Shown: piece by piece, positions 36,122 through 45,757 of the stretch | Layout: each line of letters opens with the position of its first letter | Position numbering within the stretch: position 1 is the first letter of the stretch | Virus record (IMG/VR): IMGVR_UViG_3300036804_000025 | Coordinates: 1 to 56,550 of that record | DNA from: a virus | Taxonomy: Duplodnaviria; Caudoviricetes | DNA length: 56,550 bases | Reading direction: 5' to 3' (one strand) | Notes under the pieces: model-generated | Databases searched by the model: none | What the model saw: the letters and a program-made list of their open reading frames with translations, nothing else | What the model was told of the DNA's origin: nothing | Program-made: the position numbers and the translations under genes

Positions 36122-36158
36122 AAAAAGCCCCCCACCAGGCACGAAGCCCAATGGGGGG
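36122..36158 (-). terminator. Terminator ending late operon
   Basis: CCCCCCA...TGGGGGG stem followed by T-run on minus strand. Confidence 0.7.
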
Positions 36159-36203
36159 ATCTCTGTTCTCTCTTCAATCAACCTGACACGAGGTCAGGAA
36201 GCT

Positions 36204-36497
36204 TTACACGCTGGGCTTCACGAGCCCTTCCGGCTCCTGGGGAGTGATCCCGTTGGAACGGAGCTGGTATTCGTAGTGCCCGGCAAGGCCCTGGTAGTAC
36301 CTCAACAGAGCGTCCATCTGCTGTAGCTTGCTGTCCAGGTCATCACGCCATCGGGCCAAGTCCTGAAGGTGTTCACGTCGCATGGACTCATAGTCCTGCT
36401 TCCGCATACGGATGCCCTTGAAGATGGCACCACAGGCAGCACCAACGCCACCAGTGCCTATCAGAGCCGCAACGATGCTCGTAACCGTCGTACCCAT
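36204..36497 (-). CDS. Lysis-cassette membrane protein (TM plus coiled coil)
   Basis: N-terminal TM; last gene of late operon. Confidence 0.8.
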   Translation of the reverse strand: MGTTVTSIVAALIGTGGVGAACGAIFKGIRMRKQDYESMRREHLQDLARWRDDLDSKLQQMDALLRYYQGLAGHYEYQLRSNGITPQEPEGLVKPSV

Positions 36498-36499
36498 CG

Positions 36500-36718
36500 T
36501 TACACCGCCTTACGGCTCTCCTCGGGCACGTCAGACTCAACAGGAGTCGGCGCCTTGTTCTCCTTCACCTTGTCGGACACACCCTTAACACCAAGGATGA
36601 CCGCAAGGGCTGAAACGATCTCCTGAACGGGAAGCTCTGGTACGTACTGGCCAACAGTGACCACGATTGCCGAGAGGATCAAGAACAGGGGTACAGAGTG
36701 TTCCTTGATGAAGTTCAT
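36500..36718 (-). CDS. Holin (2 TM)
   Basis: ATG 36718 after AAGGA; two hydrophobic helices, charged C-tail; follows endolysin. Confidence 0.8.
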   Translation of the reverse strand: MNFIKEHSVPLFLILSAIVVTVGQYVPELPVQEIVSALAVILGVKGVSDKVKENKAPTPVESDVPEESRKAV

Positions 36719-36728
36719 AAGCTTGTCC

Positions 36729-37748
36729 TTAGTTGAAGTAGAGGACGTTAGCGGCACGCTGAGACAGCTTGAAGTCAGTACCGTCATTGAAGACAAGGAA
36801 CTCAAAACGAAGGGACTCGCCGGGGTCCAGGTAACCGGCAATCTTGGCGAAGTCCACGAAGGAACCACCAGCAGTACCCAGACGTTCGATAGCAATGCTC
36901 TTAGTCGCCTTGCCATCCTTGTACAGGTAGAAGCGACCCTGAACCTGTGCCCCAACCTTCACGTCGTTAAGGACAAGCTGAACCTGAATCGAGTAAGCCT
37001 TATTCGGGCCAACGAGGAGATCCCCATTACCGTTCTTAGCGATATCCACGACGTACCAGTTGTCAGACTTGAGAGTCGTCACGTCGTTGTTAGCAAGAGA
37101 GTGCATGTGCACCCCGGCAGTCTGGATGGAATCCACGTTGGAGCCCTTCGGGGGAGTAGTCGGGTTGGTCACCGGAGGCTTAAGGGTGGAACCACCAGCC
37201 GGAACGTCAGCTTCGGAAGCTTCGTGCCCGAAGTAGACAACCCCCTTCTTGCCCTTCCAGTCAGGGTCAGCACAGACGATGCCCTCGGCAAAGGCCGGGT
37301 AGCCGTACCCATAGACGTAAGACGACTTACGGTCACGCTGCTTAAGGTAGACACCGTTACCCTCTGCCGAACCCGAGTCGTTCGTATTGCCCTCGATGGT
37401 CCAGATATAGGCGTCGCTGTACTTGTAGACGATACCGGTGTGAGTACCACCATTGGCACCGTAGAAGACCTGTGCACCAATAGCCGGGTAGTAGGAGAAA
37501 CGCCCCTTGTTGCGGAACCAGCTAACGCCAGTCGCACAGGAAGCGGTACGAGGATAGAGAGCGTCAAGGCCAGTCTTGTAAGCAACCCAAGACACGAAGG
37601 TTGCACACCAAGCCTGGTAGTTCGACCACTCAAGACCAGGAGTCTCTACGGAATACTTCTGCTTGTTGTTGTAGCTACCGTTGGCATAGCCCTCACGGTA
37701 ACCGTTCTCGCCCTTAGCCTTAGCGATGATCACCTTTGCGTCGGACAT
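36729..37748 (-). CDS. Endolysin, CHAP domain
   Basis: AWCATFVSW, HTGIV, TIEGNT. Confidence 0.9.
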   Translation of the reverse strand: MSDAKVIIAKAKGENGYREGYANGSYNNKQKYSVETPGLEWSNYQAWCATFVSWVAYKTGLDALYPRTASCATGVSWFRNKGRFSYYPAIGAQVFYGANGGTHTGIVYKYSDAYIWTIEGNTNDSGSAEGNGVYLKQRDRKSSYVYGYGYPAFAEGIVCADPDWKGKKGVVYFGHEASEADVPAGGSTLKPPVTNPTTPPKGSNVDSIQTAGVHMHSLANNDVTTLKSDNWYVVDIAKNGNGDLLVGPNKAYSIQVQLVLNDVKVGAQVQGRFYLYKDGKATKSIAIERLGTAGGSFVDFAKIAGYLDPGESLRFEFLVFNDGTDFKLSQRAANVLYFN

Positions 37749-37817
37749 GGGAAACCTCTTTCAGTTATAGGAAAGGGGCCCCGAAGGGCCCCTAGGTAAG
37801 CTATGTAGATTCAGTTA

Positions 37818-38102
37818 TCAGCCGATGGGCCCACCAGAGCCGCCAGCGTTACCCCCAGCGTTCCCACCGTTACCCCCACCAGGGTCTTCGGTCGGGCCAG
37901 GGCCACCGGTAGAGCCGCCCCCACCAGGCTCCTCAGTGGGCTTCTGGCTCGGGGTAGGCGGAGTCACGTCGGTCCGGTAGCACTCCATGTACGGAGTCTT
38001 CCCCGAGTCGTCAGCACTGGCCGGAGAGACCGCAAAGCCAGCAAGGACACCCACAAGACCAGCCGCAACAGCGGACAGGATCACAGTAAGAGACTTCTTC
38101 AT
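37818..38102 (-). CDS. Small secreted Pro/Gly-rich protein
   Basis: Signal peptide ending PASA; low-complexity tail. Confidence 0.7.
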   Translation of the reverse strand: MKKSLTVILSAVAAGLVGVLAGFAVSPASADDSGKTPYMECYRTDVTPPTPSQKPTEEPGGGGSTGGPGPTEDPGGGNGGNAGGNAGGSGGPIG

Positions 38103-38120
38103 TTCGTTACCCCCAAATTG

Positions 38121-38678
38121 TTAGCTGCGGTCCAAGAGGACAGCAGAAAAGAAACCGGCATCTTCACCGGTCTTACCATCGGCACCGGTATCCCAGGCCG
38201 TAGACGAACCGGGTGTGTCTACCTCGATTGCCAGATACTGACCAGCAGTCAGCTTCGCAATAACGAAGCCAGCGTTGGACTGACGACCAGACCGCTTAGT
38301 CGTATTGAACGACTCGTGAATACTGGTACCACCAGTGCCATCAGCGTTAGCCGTACGACGAATCCGGGCCTGAAGAATCCCGTACGTTTGGGCACCAGGC
38401 TTCCGGAAACACACGTGATAGGAAATCGCATAGTGCCCAGTCTCAGGCACCATGAACGAGCGGTGATAGGCGCCAGACTTAGCGGAAGTCCACCCGCCCT
38501 CCTGAGTGGCACTCTTGAACGTAAGCGGAGTAGTGGCATTAGCCTTGGCGCTGGCAACTGGAATATCAATCGCCATGAACCGGGGCGGGTTGGTGAAAGC
38601 GTCGTTCCACTCCTTCACCCCGGTAGTCAGATCCTTTGCGGTGACGAGCTGACCAAGCTCCCAAGCAACATTCTGCAT
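38121..38678 (-). CDS. Minor tail protein (C1q/TNF-like beta domain)
   Basis: W..GQLVTA..L; F.VPETG.Y.I; L.AG..L. Confidence 0.75.
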   Translation of the reverse strand: MQNVAWELGQLVTAKDLTTGVKEWNDAFTNPPRFMAIDIPVASAKANATTPLTFKSATQEGGWTSAKSGAYHRSFMVPETGHYAISYHVCFRKPGAQTYGILQARIRRTANADGTGGTSIHESFNTTKRSGRQSNAGFVIAKLTAGQYLAIEVDTPGSSTAWDTGADGKTGEDAGFFSAVLLDRS

Positions 38679-39886
38679 TACATGGCCTTTCCGAAACTCG
38701 TCATGCCACCAGCAAGCATGTGCATAGACCAAGAGCCCTTGTTGTACGTGTAGCCGTTGATGGTGGAACTCGCACCGTAGTTGTACTCAGCCTGAGAACC
38801 CGTGGTGAAGCTGACCTTCTGGCCCTTCTTGAGGAACCGGATGGAATAGACGTTGAACGTTACGTTGACCTGATCGGTACGGTGGGCCGTCTTGTCTATG
38901 CCGAACTGATTCACGGCATTCACGCGAAGGTAGGCCGTAAGGTATTGGAGTACCTTGCCCGACTGGTTCTCAACACAGATATCGGCAGCAATCAGATAGA
39001 TGCCATCCTGGGGAACGGTTGCTTCGGTGCCGTTGAAACTCCAGTTGCCGGATTGCTCGACCTTGCTAGTCCGCCAAGGGACTACCTGTCCACCAACAGC
39101 GTTCGCACTAGGCCGCTGGTGTCCCGAGACATAGAACCGGGGAAGGCTCGACATGTGCTTGTGCACTTCTGTCGTCTGGGCATTCAGCTTGGCAGACGAG
39201 ACGATCTCACCATCCGTCCAAGCCTCCTGAGCGGGGAGATTCACGGGGGCCGGGGCCGCAAACGACGTTGCACCAGCCGACATGCGCCATACCTGAACTC
39301 GGTTAGACGAAGCGGCTCCATTCTTCCACTCAGGCTTGTAGCCCCCACCCCAGTTACCGCCGTTAGGCTGACCAAGATAGACAGGGAAACGAACTGCATC
39401 CCCCTTGTTCATGTAGAGAGAGAATGAAGTCTGAACCGTGAAGGGAACATTCCAAGACTTGTTCATCCACTGGTTAGTTTCGTAGGCGTTCGCAATGAAC
39501 GTCTGATCCCAGGTAGTAACCCCAGACTTCCTGTACTGAACTCGGAGCTGAATCGTATGCTCAAGATCGGATCCGGTAGTGAAGTCCGGCGTACTCGGCG
39601 AAAACTGTGCATGGAAGAAATACACCCCGGAATCCGGGGCAGTGTAGTCAGAGTGTGCACCACCAGTAGGACTAGCCCAACCCCCAAACTGGTCAGGGGC
39701 CCCGATGATGGAAAGGTAGATGCCTCCGTTATCGGGAGTCAGTGCGTATGCCTTGTCGATCTGCTGAATAAGCATGTGCTCATCCTTCAGAAAGAAGTCA
39801 TTGTGCTTGTTCACCTGAGCCACCAACTTAGAAGCCTTCACTTCCTCGTTGGCGGCCCAAGCTTCAATACTGGGAACCTTAGCCAT
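38678..39886 (-). CDS. Minor tail protein with two tandem C1q-like modules
   Basis: Repeated W...E.V.S.KL and AP.SG.Y/VPQDG.Y motifs. Confidence 0.78.
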   Translation of the reverse strand: MAKVPSIEAWAANEEVKASKLVAQVNKHNDFFLKDEHMLIQQIDKAYALTPDNGGIYLSIIGAPDQFGGWASPTGGAHSDYTAPDSGVYFFHAQFSPSTPDFTTGSDLEHTIQLRVQYRKSGVTTWDQTFIANAYETNQWMNKSWNVPFTVQTSFSLYMNKGDAVRFPVYLGQPNGGNWGGGYKPEWKNGAASSNRVQVWRMSAGATSFAAPAPVNLPAQEAWTDGEIVSSAKLNAQTTEVHKHMSSLPRFYVSGHQRPSANAVGGQVVPWRTSKVEQSGNWSFNGTEATVPQDGIYLIAADICVENQSGKVLQYLTAYLRVNAVNQFGIDKTAHRTDQVNVTFNVYSIRFLKKGQKVSFTTGSQAEYNYGASSTINGYTYNKGSWSMHMLAGGMTSFGKAM

Positions 39887-39896
39887 ATCTAACCTC

Positions 39897-41363
39897 CTAA
39901 CCCAGCATCGTAGTAGCGCCGAGAATCGAATACGGCTCGTTGTCGAGAATCCAAGAACGAGGACCCTTACCCTTCACGCCGGGAATGGTTACCCGAGCGA
40001 CGGCAAAAGCCTCTGCCTGCCCATTCACATAGACGATGTCCCCAACATTCTTGAAGTCACCGTGAACGTCACCCACGGAGATCCTGATTCCCTGTGTCCC
40101 ATGGGTTCCATAAGCCGATGCCCGTTCCTTGACTCCAGTCGGCCACTTGACGTTGCCAATCGTGGAAGACACGGCCATAGCAATGAACATGTCCACATAC
40201 TCACCAGAAGTCGGCAAAGGCATACTGCCCACATTGGAGGCAGCGTTATAGACGACCTCGGGACGCTCAATAGCGTGAGCGTTATCAGCATGGCGGTAGG
40301 TGAGATTCATCAGTGATGCGTACTCGGCACCCTTCACCTTCCACGTCACCGAGTTACCCCGCTGGGGCGACCAAGGGAACATGGCCACATCCATACGGAG
40401 CCCAGTCGGCGCCAGAATGTACGTGTGCATGGAGCACTCATCCAGCAACGGTTCCGGGGCAGGGTCAGCGTCGTACGAGATGCACACAGACACCACCAGG
40501 TCACCAAGCCGCACCTTCGTAAGGTCGATGGCCTCGGTGATCTCGTTCACGTCGTCAGCAGCGTTGGCCGACGCCCAAGAGAACTGCGGATACTCCCAGG
40601 GCTCAGGGATGCCGTACATCCACTCCTGCCCGTCCCAGACGAGAACGGTCGGCTCCTGGTGGTACTTGCCGTCCCAGTACGTCAGGGGCTTCTCAGTCCA
40701 CTGAGAGCCGTCCCAGACCATCGGACGGTTGTAGGTAGGGGAGTCCTCGGCAACAACGCTCACGATGGCGTCTACGTAGTCCCAGAAGGCTTGCGTACGG
40801 GCCTCGGGGTTCTGGCGGTTGGGAGCCCCAGTGTTGCCGTCCGGATAGAAGGCAGCCCTCTGAGCATTCGTCAACTCAAGCTGAACACCAGCACCAGACC
40901 GGTTCCGGTTGGCAATGTTCTTCGGCTCAAGACCGGGGATACCCTCCGGAGGGTTGAAGTCCACGACAAAGCCCTTAGCCGCGAGAGCATCCCCGACCTT
41001 CTTAGCAAGTGCAGTATCCAAACCTCCAACATAGGTGCGTGCATCGGTGCCGGTAAAACCGTGATACGAAATCGTCTTGAATGCCTTGGACTGGATAGCC
41101 ACACATCGAGGCTCATCAAAGTTAGTCGCAGTGATGTGGAGATCCTGATTACCGCTCGACTTCATAGCCTCCATGCAGTAGAGAGCCTGCTTAGTCTTCT
41201 GAGTGACTGCCTTAGCAAGCTCACCAGAACCAGACTCGATACCACCAGCATGAATAGCAATGTGTGAAACCGTGGAAGGAGACTCATTAGTGATGATCCG
41301 GTAGTCAATACCGACCTTCTCGACGGCAGCAAGCGCAGCCCAATTGGCGTACTTATCCGCCAT
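39897..41363 (-). CDS. Tail protein with N-terminal poly-gamma-glutamate hydrolase (PghP-like) domain
   Basis: AIHAGGIE.GS.ELA, LHIT.TNFDEP, ISYHG, G..P.NIANR....GVQLEL. Confidence 0.85.
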   Translation of the reverse strand: MADKYANWAALAAVEKVGIDYRIITNESPSTVSHIAIHAGGIESGSGELAKAVTQKTKQALYCMEAMKSSGNQDLHITATNFDEPRCVAIQSKAFKTISYHGFTGTDARTYVGGLDTALAKKVGDALAAKGFVVDFNPPEGIPGLEPKNIANRNRSGAGVQLELTNAQRAAFYPDGNTGAPNRQNPEARTQAFWDYVDAIVSVVAEDSPTYNRPMVWDGSQWTEKPLTYWDGKYHQEPTVLVWDGQEWMYGIPEPWEYPQFSWASANAADDVNEITEAIDLTKVRLGDLVVSVCISYDADPAPEPLLDECSMHTYILAPTGLRMDVAMFPWSPQRGNSVTWKVKGAEYASLMNLTYRHADNAHAIERPEVVYNAASNVGSMPLPTSGEYVDMFIAMAVSSTIGNVKWPTGVKERASAYGTHGTQGIRISVGDVHGDFKNVGDIVYVNGQAEAFAVARVTIPGVKGKGPRSWILDNEPYSILGATTMLG

Positions 41364-42138
41364 ACTTCACCCACACATCCCCGACCTTCGGGTTAACAGG
41401 AGCTTCCGGGCCGGAGAAGATCCGAGCCCCACCAATGTTGGAAGCGGTCACCGTGCTAGCGGTGACATTCCCTGTAGTTGTTACGTTGCCCTTAAAGTCA
41501 ACCTTGAAAGCCGACTTCTCGTAGCGGTTCACGCCATCATTGATGATCAGTGCAGAAACAGGGGGCTTCTCCCCCGCCGCAATCTCCAAAGGACTGTGAG
41601 CATCCGACTGGGCAAAGTGGGTGACAGAGCCATTCTGGCGAAGAGCAAAGTTGTACTTGTTGTCCGACCTACGCTGAATCAGAGTATCCCCGTTAGGGAT
41701 AACCTCACTGGAAAGCAGGGTAAGCCAGCGCTGATTAGCCGTAAGCTGGATGTCGTTAAGACCATTCTTAGTCACAAACGACTGCATCTCGGTGCGAGCC
41801 TGCTGAAGAGTCCCGTGGGGGTCTTCGTCATAGCCAGCCGCAATGTGCTCTGCCGCAGCCGAGATAACGTCTGTAGCGAAGATTTGATACCGGCCTGCCC
41901 CGAAGTCAAGCCACAGGGTTGCGGCACCCGGAGGACCGAAGAACGGAAGCACCATTCCCTTGTCGTCCGTGTGAACGAGAGAGGCCGCCGAGCCGTCCTC
42001 GTTCAGAAGGTCGGTCTCTGCCTGGAGGTCTACCTTGTTCCGATAGACGTTGCCCGAGGAGTTCGGAATACGCCGACCACTATTGTCCTCAGCAACGGTA
42101 GAAGCATCCCCACCAAAGGGGTGTCGCTGATTATCCAT
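41353..42138 (-). CDS. Minor tail protein
   Basis: RHPFGG, F.GPPG...LWLDFG.G, C-terminal P.NPKVGDVWV. Confidence 0.8.
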   Translation of the reverse strand: MDNQRHPFGGDASTVAEDNSGRRIPNSSGNVYRNKVDLQAETDLLNEDGSAASLVHTDDKGMVLPFFGPPGAATLWLDFGAGRYQIFATDVISAAAEHIAAGYDEDPHGTLQQARTEMQSFVTKNGLNDIQLTANQRWLTLLSSEVIPNGDTLIQRRSDNKYNFALRQNGSVTHFAQSDAHSPLEIAAGEKPPVSALIINDGVNRYEKSAFKVDFKGNVTTTGNVTASTVTASNIGGARIFSGPEAPVNPKVGDVWVKYGG

Positions 42139-42149
42139 AGATCTTCTCC

Positions 42150-43337
42150 TTAGCCAAGGTAATTGGTCTCGTAGACGCCCGTGCAAGACAGCACACCATT
42201 GGGCGGGAAGTTGTAGATCAAGTCATTGTCGATGCCGTTGTATCGCTCAGCAGTCCCACCACTCTTGTAGCGGGGGAAGATGAAGTAACAGTTCTTGGAG
42301 CCGTTGTCGTAGCACCAGGCAGCACCGACATTCCAGTTGGAATAGTCGCCAGTGTTTTCCTTGTCCTGCTTCAACACAGCCTGAAAGACCTGCTGCATGT
42401 TCTCAAAGTGACCCTCGGGAAGTGCGAAACCCAAGCCCTTGCCATCAGTCGAAACGATGGTGTTGGTCTTGTTCTGGATAACGATGGAGAACGTAACCGT
42501 GGTTGGGCTGATCCACTTGTACCGCATACGGCAATCGAACTTCTTCCGCATGGCCGCAGGCATAACCGCCCCAGCACTCTGGATAAGCGTTACCTGAGTG
42601 TCAGTCATCTCACGGTACCGGCCAAGCTCCATGACGAGAGACCAGCTATTCATGCCACGGAACCAAAGGCGGTCCGAGTTGGTCTTACCGAAAGCCTCAT
42701 ACGTCAGGGAACCCGGATCCGCATCAATGATGGAACTCTTGTCACCCACACTGTAGATATTCGACATGCGGTAAACACGTCGGTCATTCGGGGCACCAAT
42801 GTTCTTAGTGCCACCAGTCAGGGTCACATCGGCAAGCGGCATAAACCAGTTACCACCAGGGGTGTTCTCAATCACCGGAGGCTGCGGAGCCGTACCGGCC
42901 GCACCGAGGAGCACACCAATAGCAAGCCAGTTCTTAGCAAGGTCGAGACGGAGGCCAATCGTGCACACCATCTTCTGACCCGAACTGAGACCGGCCTGTT
43001 CAGTCGAAAGGTCGATGATCTTCTCATCCGTGTTCTGGTAGTAGAAGCCACGGACAATCGCAGTACCGGGGGCAACCATAATCTTTTGGTCACCAGTCAC
43101 CGTAATCTTCAGCGTGCCATCACCAGGGAAGCCGGTATCGGCAGCACCGGTAGCGGCACCATTCTGCTGTGCACCAGCCACATAGGGGCCAATGACACAG
43201 TCGGACTGCCAGTTAGAGGCCATGAAAGACCATCGGGACTCGTCCATCACATTCTGTTCAGCCTGCCCACCACTGAAGGGGAAAGACTTCTCGACGGACA
43301 GGTCAGGGTTAAGATCCTTGTAAACGTAGTCAGCCAT
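42150..43337 (-). CDS. Minor tail / baseplate upper protein
   Basis: SFPF, V.PG.A.VRGFYY, PLADV; tail position. Confidence 0.8.
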   Translation of the reverse strand: MADYVYKDLNPDLSVEKSFPFSGGQAEQNVMDESRWSFMASNWQSDCVIGPYVAGAQQNGAATGAADTGFPGDGTLKITVTGDQKIMVAPGTAIVRGFYYQNTDEKIIDLSTEQAGLSSGQKMVCTIGLRLDLAKNWLAIGVLLGAAGTAPQPPVIENTPGGNWFMPLADVTLTGGTKNIGAPNDRRVYRMSNIYSVGDKSSIIDADPGSLTYEAFGKTNSDRLWFRGMNSWSLVMELGRYREMTDTQVTLIQSAGAVMPAAMRKKFDCRMRYKWISPTTVTFSIVIQNKTNTIVSTDGKGLGFALPEGHFENMQQVFQAVLKQDKENTGDYSNWNVGAAWCYDNGSKNCYFIFPRYKSGGTAERYNGIDNDLIYNFPPNGVLSCTGVYETNYLG

Positions 43338-43338
43338 A

Positions 43339-44634
43339 TCAGTACCTCGTATTCAGTCGGTTGACCTGCTTACGCAGATTCCGTACCTGGTCATAGATGT
43401 TCAGTGGGCCATTCTCGGAACTGTTGCTCACAGACGGGGTGACACTGTCTTCACCAGCGCTCTGAGTAATACGGACTTCCCGCACGAGTTCCTGAACCTT
43501 GTAGCCGTCCTGGCCGTAAACGGTCACACGGTCACCAACCCAGTAGTGCTTGCCAAAGGTGCAGGACGGAACGTCGATCGGGTCGAGCTGCACAGTGGCC
43601 TTCGGGGCACCCTCGGTAAGACTCTCGTCGGCTGCGGCCTCCATGGCCGTCAAAGCCTTCTCAAGGGTCTCGTAGCCCTCCGGAGGCTTAGGGGTTTGAC
43701 CCTCTCCTGTGTCCTCCATGACGAGCGCAGGAACACCGTTCTTGCCCCGTGACACGGGAATGTCTCGACGGTCCACAAACAGTTCCGCCACCATGCCCCA
43801 GTCGGCCTCTGCCTGAGCGTTGACCTTTTGCATGATGTAGCGGTCCTTGCCCTCACCCTGGGCCGCCACAATGGCCCTGGTGCAGCTCGGTGCCGTCATC
43901 TGCAATGAGTACTGCTTCAGGTTCCCCAGCTCGGGGGAGAAGAAGACGGAATCCGAATGGTCGTTGACCTCGTATACCTCGAAGTCGATCTTGCCTGTGT
44001 TTGAGTTGTAGATGAACCGGTATCCGGCATCGCCCTCTTCGGCGGCCTTCTCGTAGGCCGTACCGATGGTCTCGAAGCGGATATCCACGGTGACGTTCTT
44101 ACCGAAGGTGGGTACCGTCGCAGGCCAATTCACCTGGGGCACCCTTCGGTTAGCCAGAGCACTAGGCCCGAAGTTGGCCCGTGCATAGTGGTCGAGCACA
44201 GTGCCAGCAGGCTTACCGTTCTGTGCATCCCGTTCCGTGTTCTGGGCACACACCGAGTTCTTTTCCTCGGACCACGGCTTAGCCACAGCCTTAGTCGGAT
44301 CCGGGAAAGCCACAAAGCTGTAAGCCAAGTAGTCGTCACTCTTACCAGAGAAGATGATCGAGCCCGGCCCCGTGTGCTGGTCGTTAGTCCAATACCTCTG
44401 AGTCTGAGTAACCGGACCAGAGATCAGGGCCTTACCGATGTCGGCATTCCAGATGACCACACCCCGACCACGAGACAGCATGTCTGCCGCCTTCGTGCCC
44501 TCCATGACAGTGAGCTGCCACGTACCAACCTGACAATGACGGATCACCAAATCAAGTTCCATGTAGTCATCGATCTGGCCTACACGCTGATAATTCTCGT
44601 CACGTACCTCAACAATGTAGTGAGCCATAATCAC
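43339..44634 (-). CDS. Baseplate hub (ReqiPepy6 gp37-like)
   Basis: VG.W.L, AQGEG..R, ELFVDRRD, FG.HY.VGD.VTV. Confidence 0.85.
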   Translation of the reverse strand: MIMAHYIVEVRDENYQRVGQIDDYMELDLVIRHCQVGTWQLTVMEGTKAADMLSRGRGVVIWNADIGKALISGPVTQTQRYWTNDQHTGPGSIIFSGKSDDYLAYSFVAFPDPTKAVAKPWSEEKNSVCAQNTERDAQNGKPAGTVLDHYARANFGPSALANRRVPQVNWPATVPTFGKNVTVDIRFETIGTAYEKAAEEGDAGYRFIYNSNTGKIDFEVYEVNDHSDSVFFSPELGNLKQYSLQMTAPSCTRAIVAAQGEGKDRYIMQKVNAQAEADWGMVAELFVDRRDIPVSRGKNGVPALVMEDTGEGQTPKPPEGYETLEKALTAMEAAADESLTEGAPKATVQLDPIDVPSCTFGKHYWVGDRVTVYGQDGYKVQELVREVRITQSAGEDSVTPSVSNSSENGPLNIYDQVRNLRKQVNRLNTRY

Positions 44635-45710
44635 CCCGTGTAAGAGAAGTACTGCTTGTAATAGGTACAGGTAACGCGAGTAGTAACCGAAGGGGCCTGA
44701 CCGTTAAGGACAGACACCAGATTGGTGCCAGGGACAAGCGGCCAAAGCTGCGGATTGTCTCCGAGTCGGGGCCACCAGTTCTCTGCCTTAGTCACAGTGA
44801 CCTCACCATTAACAACGTCAAGATGCTGATAGGTGATTGTCTTGAAACCAGGTCGAGTGTCGATGATGAGTCGATCCTTTTCGGTACCCAGGCCGAAGGT
44901 TGACTTGAACTTCAGTTCCTTGCCCGTAGTGTCATTGCGGAATGCCACATTGCCGGACAGGGGACCAGTGATCTCCCATACCGGCCAAACCTCAACGTCG
45001 GAATCCATCTCCAGTGCATTGAACTCGGACTGAATGATGCCGTCCGAAACATGGATAGGGAGGAATGCGTGGTGAGGCTGAATGCTGGGATCCTTCGCTT
45101 CGTCCTCGGGAGTCGTCGTAAGGAACCAGTGCCTCTCAGGCTCAAGAGCCCAAGACACCCTCGAAGGGTCAGTGACAGTCCAGTAAGGCTCCAAGGCCCT
45201 GAACGTCATCACGTACTTGATCCAGGTGAAGCCTGCTGAGTCGCGGGACTCCTGTCCCTCAAGACCAGCGCTGTAATAGGCGTCGATGTAACGAGAGCTA
45301 CCGCCACCCTCACGGACCACAATCCGTACAGGCCCATTCTTTGGGTTGACAGCGGTAAGCAACCGCTTCTTAAGGTCGATCACTCCTCGACGGTCGGAGC
45401 CGTAAAGGTAGACCGGAATAGCCATCTCTCGGGCAGTCGCCCGCACAGATCGGAACATAGCCCCATCAAGGTTCGGGCTCTCGTCATACTTGAGATCAAA
45501 CCGAGGCATGTCCCAACCATCAGGACCAGACTGGAGAACGTATCCAGGCTTAGTGGGGTTAGGTCGATCAGTAAGAGTGATCCTCTTGCCATCGCCATAC
45601 GTAAGGTAGACCTGAGTAAGCGGCCACCTTTCAGGCTCGTAAGGATGGGGACCAAGGTTGCCGTTACCATCCGGTACAACCTGATCCCGGAATACTGCGG
45701 GAATCGGCAT
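44631..45710 (-). CDS. Distal tail protein (Dit)
   Basis: Follows TMP; F.A.EPYW, WPVW.ITGP, LWPL.PG.N. Confidence 0.85.
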   Translation of the reverse strand: MPIPAVFRDQVVPDGNGNLGPHPYEPERWPLTQVYLTYGDGKRITLTDRPNPTKPGYVLQSGPDGWDMPRFDLKYDESPNLDGAMFRSVRATAREMAIPVYLYGSDRRGVIDLKKRLLTAVNPKNGPVRIVVREGGGSSRYIDAYYSAGLEGQESRDSAGFTWIKYVMTFRALEPYWTVTDPSRVSWALEPERHWFLTTTPEDEAKDPSIQPHHAFLPIHVSDGIIQSEFNALEMDSDVEVWPVWEITGPLSGNVAFRNDTTGKELKFKSTFGLGTEKDRLIIDTRPGFKTITYQHLDVVNGEVTVTKAENWWPRLGDNPQLWPLVPGTNLVSVLNGQAPSVTTRVTCTYYKQYFSYTG

Positions 45711-45757
45711 AGTGCCTCCAATGGGAAGGGGGCCGCCCGAAGGCGGCCCCCAAACGA

